A DNA stretch of 41,498 nt from a virus (lineage: Duplodnaviria > Caudoviricetes), in the IMG/VR virus record IMGVR_UViG_3300038556_000032, positions 1 through 41,498 of that record. The stretch is one strand, 5' to 3'. Position 1 is the stretch's first letter. The number at the start of each line of letters is the position of its first letter. The translations under genes were made by a program, and so were the position numbers. The notes beneath the pieces were generated by a model. That model made no database searches. It was given only the letters and a program-made list of their open reading frames with translations, and had not been told where the DNA came from. This document shows positions 35,083-41,498 of the stretch, piece after piece.

Positions 35083-37520
35083 CGCTTGGCCGTTGCATCC
35101 CGGAGCTGCTCGCAGAAGGCAAGCTGACGCCAGAGCAGGCGCAGCGCGCCTCTGACCTTTATGAGGCCCGAAAGCGTCACTTTGAAGGTCGAATGAGCCC
35201 GGAGGCGGCGGATGCAGCGGCAAGCGAAGCTGCCGTCAGAGAGCTGGAGCGAGCCGCGATGTTGCGTGAGCGACAGACGGTGCTCCAGCTCAAGGCCCAG
35301 AAGCGAATGGTCGGTGATATGGCCAGCTACGGTGGCGGGCAGGGCGAAGGGCCGATCGATCCGCGCGCCGCGATCGCCATGCTCGATCGCGACGGCCGAG
35401 CGCCCTACTCTAATGTCGAGGCTCGGCGAAAAGTCATCGTCGGGCAAGCGCACCGACTGATGGATCGCCTGCTGCGCGAGCACAGCCGGAACGTCGTCGG
35501 CGAGATCCGGCAGAAGGCGCAGTTGCGCGACATTGTGTCGGAGCTCTTCGGCCGGAACTCCGGAAACGCAAATGCGCGAGAACTTGCGGATAGCTGGTCG
35601 CAGGCCGCGGAGATGCTCAGGCAGCGCTTCAACTCTGCGGGCGGCGCGATCGCCAAGCTTGAGCGCTGGGGGCTGCCTCAAAGTCACAACGCGCTCAAGG
35701 CCCGGCAGGCTGGAGAGGAGGAGTGGATTTCGTTCACGATGCCTCTCCTCGACCGCGCACGCATGGTCGATCGAGAAACAGGCTTGCCGTTGAACGACGC
35801 TGAGCTGCGCACGCTGCTCCAGGACGTCTGGGAGACCGTGCGGACGGAAGGATGGGCGAACCGCAACCCGGGTGGCCGGGCTGGATCGAAGCTTGCCAAT
35901 CAGCGGCAGGAGCACCGGGTTCTCCACTTCGCCGGTCCCGACGAATGGACGGCCTACGCAGATCGGTTCGGCAGCGGCAACGCGTTCGACGCCATGATGG
36001 CGCACATCGAGCACATGTCTCGCGACATAGCGCTGATGGAGGTGCTCGGCCCCAATCCAGACGCCAGCGTTCGCTGGCTAAAAGACAGCATTCTTAAATC
36101 CGCCCAGCTGGACAGCGCCGCTGGCTCCGAAAGCATCGACCGCGCGAAGGCCGGCGCAAAGAAGATCGACAAGATCTATAGAGAACTGACGGGCGCCAAC
36201 ATGGAGCCCCAGAGCCGCCGCGTAGCCGCAGTCGGATCAGCGCTCCGATCCTACCAGACCTATTCGAAGCTCGGCGGCGCGGCGCTCTCGGCGGTCACCG
36301 ACCTAGGTTTCCAGGTCAGTGCGCGCCGGTTCGCCGGCCTCCCTGCCGTTAATGTGCTCGGGGATTATCTCAAGCTGCTGAACCCGGCCGCCGCCGAAGA
36401 CAGGTTGCTGGCGGTGCGATTAGGACTGATCGCGGAGCAGTGGTCGACCATGGCCAGCGGCACGCATCGCTTCCTGATGGAGGAGCTGACGAGCGAGTGG
36501 ACGCGCCGCTTGGCCGAGTTCACCCTACGCGCATCGGGACTGTCGGCGTGGACGCAAGCAGGTCGATGGGGGTTCGGGAAAGAGTTTCTGGGCTTCCTGA
36601 CCGACCAGTCGACCCGGAGCTTCGATCAACTCCGGCCCAATCTGCGCGCCACCTTCGAACGATATGGGATCGGCGCCGCTGAATGGGACAAAATCCGGAG
36701 CACCCCGCTGGAAGAGGAGCGCGGGGTGCCGTGGATCATGCCGCACAACATCCAGGATCGCTCCCTCGGCGATCGGGTGCTCGAAATGGTCCTGACGGAG
36801 ACGGACTTCGCAGTGCCAGTTGCGGACTTGAATGCCCGCGCGGCGTTTAGCGAAGTCACACCGCGGGGCACGCTGCTCGGCGAGACCTTCCGGTCTATGC
36901 TCCAGTTCAAGTCATTCGGCTTCACAGTTGCTTTCAACCAAGCGAACCGCCTGATTGAGCAGACGAGTTGGGCCCAGCGCGCCAATGTCATGATCGGGTT
37001 CCTGATCCCGGTCGTGATGATGGGCGGTTTCGCGACCGTGCTCAAGGATGTCAGCAAAGGCCGCGATCCTCGGCCGATGAACGACGAGCGGTTCTGGGGG
37101 AAGGCTTTCGCTCAAAGCGGAGGCTCGGGCTTAGTCGGAGATTTCTTCGCCGCGAGCACCGATGAATATGGCGGGGGGCTTCTGTCATTCGCGGCAGGGC
37201 CCACCTTCGGAGATCTCCAGCAGCTGGCTGACATCGCCAAAGGCGACCCGGAACGCCGTGCTGCGAAAGTCGCAAAGCTGCTCAGGAACGCGGTCCCAGG
37301 TACGAACCTTTGGTACACGCGTCTCGCATTTGACCGGATGGTCGCTGACCAGCTGCAGGCCGAGATCGACCCACAATATCGGGACAGCTGGAAGCGCCTT
37401 GACCGCTTCGCTGCCCAGTGGGGGCAGGAATATTGGTGGGCGCCAGGCGAGACGTCGCCGGCGCGCGCTCCCGACTTCGCCAACGCCTTTCAAGGCGAGA
37501 TCCCGGAGGATGAAGAATGA
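35079..37520 (+). CDS. Internal virion (ejection) protein, gp16-like
   Basis: 813 aa; QFKSF motif, hydrophobic segment, GGSGLVGD, PGTNLWY. Confidence 0.75.
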   Translation: MTLGRCIPELLAEGKLTPEQAQRASDLYEARKRHFEGRMSPEAADAAASEAAVRELERAAMLRERQTVLQLKAQKRMVGDMASYGGGQGEGPIDPRAAIAMLDRDGRAPYSNVEARRKVIVGQAHRLMDRLLREHSRNVVGEIRQKAQLRDIVSELFGRNSGNANARELADSWSQAAEMLRQRFNSAGGAIAKLERWGLPQSHNALKARQAGEEEWISFTMPLLDRARMVDRETGLPLNDAELRTLLQDVWETVRTEGWANRNPGGRAGSKLANQRQEHRVLHFAGPDEWTAYADRFGSGNAFDAMMAHIEHMSRDIALMEVLGPNPDASVRWLKDSILKSAQLDSAAGSESIDRAKAGAKKIDKIYRELTGANMEPQSRRVAAVGSALRSYQTYSKLGGAALSAVTDLGFQVSARRFAGLPAVNVLGDYLKLLNPAAAEDRLLAVRLGLIAEQWSTMASGTHRFLMEELTSEWTRRLAEFTLRASGLSAWTQAGRWGFGKEFLGFLTDQSTRSFDQLRPNLRATFERYGIGAAEWDKIRSTPLEEERGVPWIMPHNIQDRSLGDRVLEMVLTETDFAVPVADLNARAAFSEVTPRGTLLGETFRSMLQFKSFGFTVAFNQANRLIEQTSWAQRANVMIGFLIPVVMMGGFATVLKDVSKGRDPRPMNDERFWGKAFAQSGGSGLVGDFFAASTDEYGGGLLSFAAGPTFGDLQQLADIAKGDPERRAAKVAKLLRNAVPGTNLWYTRLAFDRMVADQLQAEIDPQYRDSWKRLDRFAAQWGQEYWWAPGETSPARAPDFANAFQGEIPEDEE

Positions 37521-39880
37521 CGGTTTCGAGCACGGGTTCGCGCGTCGAGTACCTCGAGAACGGCGTCGGGCTCGATTTTGCGTTTCCCTTCCGCTTCCGC
37601 GCGACCAGCGAGCTCGTCGTAACCAGGAGTGTGAACGGCGGCCCGTTCGTGCCGGTCTCGACGTCCAGCATCGTCGGCGGCGGTGAAGCTGGCGGCACCG
37701 TCACGCTTTTTAGCTCCGTCGCCGGCGCGAAGCTGCGCATCGAGCGTCGGACGACGCGGCGGCAGCTGACGGATTACACGCCCGGTGATCCGTTCCCCGC
37801 CGAAACGCACGAGGCTGCGCTCGATCGCCTCGCCATGGTCGACCAGGAGCAGGACGTCGCGATGGAAGCGCTGTCCGCGCGCGCGGTGCTCGTGCCCGAC
37901 GGCGAGCAGTCGCAGCAGCTCCCGGCCGCCGCCAGTCGCGCCGGCGCCTATCTCGGTTTCGACGCGCTCGGCCGACCGATCCCGCTGAGCGGAACCGGGA
38001 ACGACGCGGCGCTGCGCGCGGATCTGGCCGACCCGACACTCGGCGGGCTGCTCGTCCGCTACGGCGCGACGACGGTCGCCGAGGAGCTCGCCGCGATCGT
38101 CGGTGCGAAGACGCCGCGGATGCTGACCGCGGCCGCGTCGCTCGCGCTGGCGCCCTGTCCGACGCCGATCCCGCCGCATGCCTTCCTCAAGGGCCATCTC
38201 GAGGGACAGCTCAAGATCGCGATCGTCGGGACCAGCCGGACAGCCAACTCCGACATCACCAAGCCGAACGGCCTGGGCGCGCTCTATGCTCGAATGCTGC
38301 GTTCGTATTTCCCGCGGGCGAAGGTCGCCAACTTCTCGATCCCGGGGCGTTCGCTCCAGGATCTGATCAACCCGGGCTACACGGCGCCGGGCAGCTTTGT
38401 CTTCACCGCGCCGGGCACGAATGCCTCGCCGGAGGCGCAGTTCTGGCCGAACGGTTCGACCGACGGGAAGAGCTGGCTGGATCATGTCAAGGATTGGGCC
38501 CCCGACGCGATCCTGCTCGAGCAGGGTCCGAATGACGGCGACGACAATCTGCCGTTCTCCGTCCGCTACTACACGCTCGAGGCGCTGATCGGCGCCTGGC
38601 CGAAAAAGCCTTGGCTGATGCTGTGGGCCGGTGCGCTCGAGAGCAAGATCGAAGGGCCGTTCGCGGCCGAGCAAGTTGGACGGCAGTCGAACTATGACTT
38701 CCTGCGCCACCTTGCGGTCAAGCGCGGCTATGAGCTTGTCGACGAGAACAAGTGGTCGCGGCTTCTGCGCGACGGCTTGCGCACCGACGAGCTGCCCCGC
38801 GTTCCCGAGAAGAACTTCCTTGGCTGGGGCGACGCCGCCAAGTGGCAGGTTACGGGCGCCTTTACAAAAACCGGCGACGCAATCGCCGGCGCCGGCCTCG
38901 CCCAACGCGCCGACATGATCGCGCGCGATGGACAGGTGAGCGGTCGTTGGACGCCCGCGGTGAACAACGCCGCAATCCGGATCGACGCAAGGGGCGTCTC
39001 GGGCCTGGGAAGCTGGTTCTTCCAGATCGACCTGTTCGACAATGGCGACGGATCCGGCAAGGCGCGGCTCTTCTGGCGCGACACCGACAATAGCGGCTCG
39101 CCGGACCTGATCGCCGTCGCCAACTGCCCGATCAGGACGGCGGGCCAGCCGGTCCCGGTCCTGGCGCGCTTCAACGGTCGACATATCGAGCTCTTCCTCG
39201 AAAATCGCGAGACCCCGTTGATCAGCGTCTACGACGAGCGCGACATGCGCGCCGGCACGTGGGCGTTCGGCTGGGCTGCCGGCAGTGGCACGATCGACCA
39301 GTTCGAATTCGATCCGGCGCCGGCGACGGCTTTGACAACGCCCTTTTATACGGAAGCGGACCTGCTCGGTTCGACCACGGTCGATCCGACCTATCCGAAC
39401 GGCAACGGTAAAAATCACCCCACCACGCTGGGGGCTTACGCGGCCGCGGCGCCGGCGATCGCCGAGCATCTGCACAGGCTCAAGGCCGCGCTCAATCGCC
39501 CGGTGGTGCTGACCAGCGGGCCGTCGACGTCGGACATCACGGCGACCAACTCCGAAGTCCCGATCGCCGGCACCGGGATCAGCTTCACGCTTGACCAGGA
39601 GCAGATGGTCACCGTCGCCGTCGAGTTCGCCTATCTGAACCCGAACCCGCTCTCTGGCGTCGTCTCGCTGCGCCTCGACGGGACCGGCGTCCAGACCTGG
39701 TACTTGAAGCCGACAGGCGCCGACACCGAAAACCGGCAGATTGCGGTCCGCTCGACGCAGCTGATCCCTGCCGGGACGCACACGATGGATCTGAGCTGGG
39801 GCCTCAAAGCCGGCATGACGAGCAACGTCGCTGGCGGCGACAACAAGCGCCAGCTCAGCCTGACGGTAATCCCCGGGTGA
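37517..39880 (+). CDS. Tailspike: T7 gp17-like anchor plus SGNH esterase with inserted beta-sandwich
   Basis: FAFPFRF...FPAETHEAALDRLAM anchor; VGTS, IPGRS, GPND, NHP SGNH blocks. Confidence 0.8.
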   Translation: MTVSSTGSRVEYLENGVGLDFAFPFRFRATSELVVTRSVNGGPFVPVSTSSIVGGGEAGGTVTLFSSVAGAKLRIERRTTRRQLTDYTPGDPFPAETHEAALDRLAMVDQEQDVAMEALSARAVLVPDGEQSQQLPAAASRAGAYLGFDALGRPIPLSGTGNDAALRADLADPTLGGLLVRYGATTVAEELAAIVGAKTPRMLTAAASLALAPCPTPIPPHAFLKGHLEGQLKIAIVGTSRTANSDITKPNGLGALYARMLRSYFPRAKVANFSIPGRSLQDLINPGYTAPGSFVFTAPGTNASPEAQFWPNGSTDGKSWLDHVKDWAPDAILLEQGPNDGDDNLPFSVRYYTLEALIGAWPKKPWLMLWAGALESKIEGPFAAEQVGRQSNYDFLRHLAVKRGYELVDENKWSRLLRDGLRTDELPRVPEKNFLGWGDAAKWQVTGAFTKTGDAIAGAGLAQRADMIARDGQVSGRWTPAVNNAAIRIDARGVSGLGSWFFQIDLFDNGDGSGKARLFWRDTDNSGSPDLIAVANCPIRTAGQPVPVLARFNGRHIELFLENRETPLISVYDERDMRAGTWAFGWAAGSGTIDQFEFDPAPATALTTPFYTEADLLGSTTVDPTYPNGNGKNHPTTLGAYAAAAPAIAEHLHRLKAALNRPVVLTSGPSTSDITATNSEVPIAGTGISFTLDQEQMVTVAVEFAYLNPNPLSGVVSLRLDGTGVQTWYLKPTGADTENRQIAVRSTQLIPAGTHTMDLSWGLKAGMTSNVAGGDNKRQLSLTVIPG

Positions 39881-40365
39881 CCGAGCCCCACCCCCAACCC
39901 GCGCACGAGCTGCTCGGGTGGCTGCTCGGCGGCGGCGGGCTGCTCGCGATCGGCAGCGGTCTAAAGTGGCTGTGGGACAAAGCGACCGGGCTGAAAAACT
40001 CCCGCGAGACGAAGCTCGAGAAGCGGGAGGCCGAGTACGTGGCCAAGTTGGAAGAGCGGCTCGACGAGCTCGAGCAGCGCATCGAAGATCAGGGCAAGGA
40101 GATCAAGCGCTCCTCCGAACGCGCCACGCTCGCAGGCAGGTTCTGCATCATGGCGCTGGATGAGCTCGAGTCCGTGAAGCCCGGCTCGATCGTCGTCACG
40201 CACGGCAGGCAGATGCTGCGGCGCGAGTTCCCGGAGCTGTTCTCGATCGAGGCCCTGCCGGCATCGATCCGGGCGCAGCTCGAGGAGATAGACGCCCGAG
40301 CTGCGGGGGGTGGCGGCTCGAGCGTCGGGGCAGGAACGGTCGGTAGAGGGGGAAGTTCCAGATGA
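39877..40365 (+). CDS. Holin/antiholin-like membrane protein with coiled coil
   Basis: N-terminal TM then coiled coil, directly before endolysin. Confidence 0.5.
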   Translation: MTEPHPQPAHELLGWLLGGGGLLAIGSGLKWLWDKATGLKNSRETKLEKREAEYVAKLEERLDELEQRIEDQGKEIKRSSERATLAGRFCIMALDELESVKPGSIVVTHGRQMLRREFPELFSIEALPASIRAQLEEIDARAAGGGGSSVGAGTVGRGGSSR

Positions 40366-40988
40366 CAGCTGCAATCGATCACAAGGCGCTCTTTGACGCG
40401 ATCCGTCGCGTGAAGGGCTCGCCTCTTACCCAGGCAGACGTCGACGCCATCAACTTGGTGCTAGTTGGCGCGACGAAGCCGCTCGCCTGGGGGGCGAAGG
40501 TGAGCCCCGCGTTTCGCGCTCGCGTGCGCGACATCGCCGAAGCGCTCGGCTGCTCGCCCGACGATCTCATGACCTGCATGGCGTGGGAAAGCGGGCGTTC
40601 GTTCAGCCCCAGCGTCCGCAACATGGCGGGTAGCGGTGCCACGGGCCTGATCCAGTTCATGCCCGATACGGCACGCGAGCTCGGCACCTCTGTTGCCGAC
40701 CTGGTCCGCATGACAGCCGAGAGGCAGCTCGACTTCGTCGAGGCCTATTTCCGGCCGTGGCGCGGCAAGCTCGAGAACCTGGGCGATCTCTACATGGCGA
40801 TCCTCTGGCCGCGCGCCGTTGGGAAGCCCGACAGCTACGTGCTCTGGAGCCGAGAGCAAAGGCCGACGACCTATCGGCAGAACGCCGGGCTCGACCTGAA
40901 CCGCGACGGCGTGATCACCCGAGCTGAGTGCCTTGTGAAGCTGCACGCCATGAGAGCTGAGGGTCTGATGCCGGAGAACGTCGCGTGA
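40362..40988 (+). CDS. Endolysin (lytic transglycosylase-like)
   Basis: WESGRSFSP...SGATGLIQF; EF-hand-like DLNRDGVITRAE. Confidence 0.8.
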   Translation: MTAAIDHKALFDAIRRVKGSPLTQADVDAINLVLVGATKPLAWGAKVSPAFRARVRDIAEALGCSPDDLMTCMAWESGRSFSPSVRNMAGSGATGLIQFMPDTARELGTSVADLVRMTAERQLDFVEAYFRPWRGKLENLGDLYMAILWPRAVGKPDSYVLWSREQRPTTYRQNAGLDLNRDGVITRAECLVKLHAMRAEGLMPENVA

Positions 40989-41203
40989 GCCGCGTGCCGC
41001 ACCTCCGGATCATCGTCGGCGCGACGATCGCTGCCATCGCCGGGTACGCGGTCTTCTCTGTCTGGGTGTTCGGCTACTCGGACGATGCTGCGCTCCGCGG
41101 CGACGTGCTCGGGACATGGAAAAGCTTCGCCGTGCTGGCCTTCGGCTTCTGGCTCGGCTCGTCGAGTGGTGGAAAAGCCGAGCCTCGAAAGGACGAACTA
41201 TGA
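40985..41203 (+). CDS. Holin-like two-TM protein
   Basis: Two TMs, FWLGSS motif, charged C-terminus. Confidence 0.6.
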   Translation: MSRVPHLRIIVGATIAAIAGYAVFSVWVFGYSDDAALRGDVLGTWKSFAVLAFGFWLGSSSGGKAEPRKDEL

Positions 41204-41388
41204 AGCACCTGATCCTCGCCGCCTGCGCACTCGCGCTTAGCGGCTGCGCGACGATGGGGGCCTCGATCGGCCCGCGGCCAGGCGAGACCCCGTGCGCCTA
41301 CGGTCGGCGCGTGTTGGACGAAACCCAGCGCCGGCTCGAGCAGGCCCGGCTCACCGCAGAGACCGTCTGCACTGTCGCGGGTCAATGA
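41200..41388 (+). CDS. Lipoprotein (o-spanin-like)
   Basis: MKHLILAACALALSGC lipobox; ATGA coupling. Confidence 0.6.
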   Translation: MKHLILAACALALSGCATMGASIGPRPGETPCAYGRRVLDETQRRLEQARLTAETVCTVAGQ

Positions 41389-41498
41389 AGCCGCCGGGCC
41401 TCGTGCGGGTCATCGCGATGGTGACGCTGCTGCTCGCGAGCGCGGCCTCGGCCGTATTGAGTTGGGCCACGGCGGTTCCAAATCTCGCGCCGAACTAA
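41385..41498 (+). CDS. 37-aa hydrophobic peptide
   Basis: ATGA coupling; single TM or signal-like segment. Confidence 0.4.
   Translation: MKPPGLVRVIAMVTLLLASAASAVLSWATAVPNLAPN

Larger units (their letters stand above)
1..41498. mobile_element. Temperate podovirus / prophage (BPP-1/T7-like virion module), probable alphaproteobacterial host
   Basis: Ordered modules: integrase, cI/cro, primase-helicase, terminase, portal, scaffold, capsid, tail adaptor/nozzle, ejection proteins, tailspike, lysis; no tape measure or sheath gene; att ends not visible. Confidence 0.95.

Noticed and set aside
17680-39781. Long minus-strand ORFs (17680..19032, 25680..27992, 28685..30853, 37490..39781 and others)
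   Set aside because: Antisense shadows of well-supported plus-strand genes in high-GC DNA
37517-41498. Diversity-generating retroelement, expected from the BPP-1-like architecture
   Set aside because: No reverse transcriptase ORF, no avd, and no template/variable repeat pair seen in the window
1-41498. Abundant CTCGAG and CGATCG words
   Set aside because: Largely explained by preferred codon pairs (CTC-GAG, GCG-ATC-G); cannot be tested without counting
1-41498. tRNA, tmRNA or attL/attR repeats
   Set aside because: None recognised; the window starts and ends at stop codons, so integration state cannot be determined

Overview
The whole window is a near-complete, GC-rich temperate podovirus genome or prophage with a BPP-1/T7-like virion module. 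The host is most likely an alphaproteobacterium (GapR/DUF2312 homologue, GcrA-like HTHs, alphaproteobacterial-type LexA box); a sphingomonad is plausible but is only inference. Gene order: a leftward early operon (tyrosine integrase, DUF4326, DUF6948 plus a Gly-rich repeat, an Acb2 anti-CBASS sponge, GapR, many small unknowns); a cI/cro switch with six matching operators; an out-of-place three-gene cassette (putative head-spike base plus two Pro/Thr-linker passengers, a LamG-like lectin and a beta-helix depolymerase); primase, helicase and an iteron origin; terS, HTH, DNA MTase, terL; portal, scaffold, a structured capsid leader, capsid and decoration; tail adaptor/nozzle; ejection proteins interrupted by a C4-antisense-RNA/BRO-antirepressor cassette; an SGNH tailspike; lysis genes. 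The best candidate for an undescribed system is the 8466-11891 cassette. Other leads are the dual-frame repeat at 2265-2604, the capsid leader RNA, a putative LexA-controlled gene facing a non-cleavable cI, a GcrA-like HTH/MTase pair and recurring ClpXP-type C-termini. All family calls come from motif recognition by eye, not database searches. No att sites, tRNA, CRISPR array or reverse transcriptase were seen.
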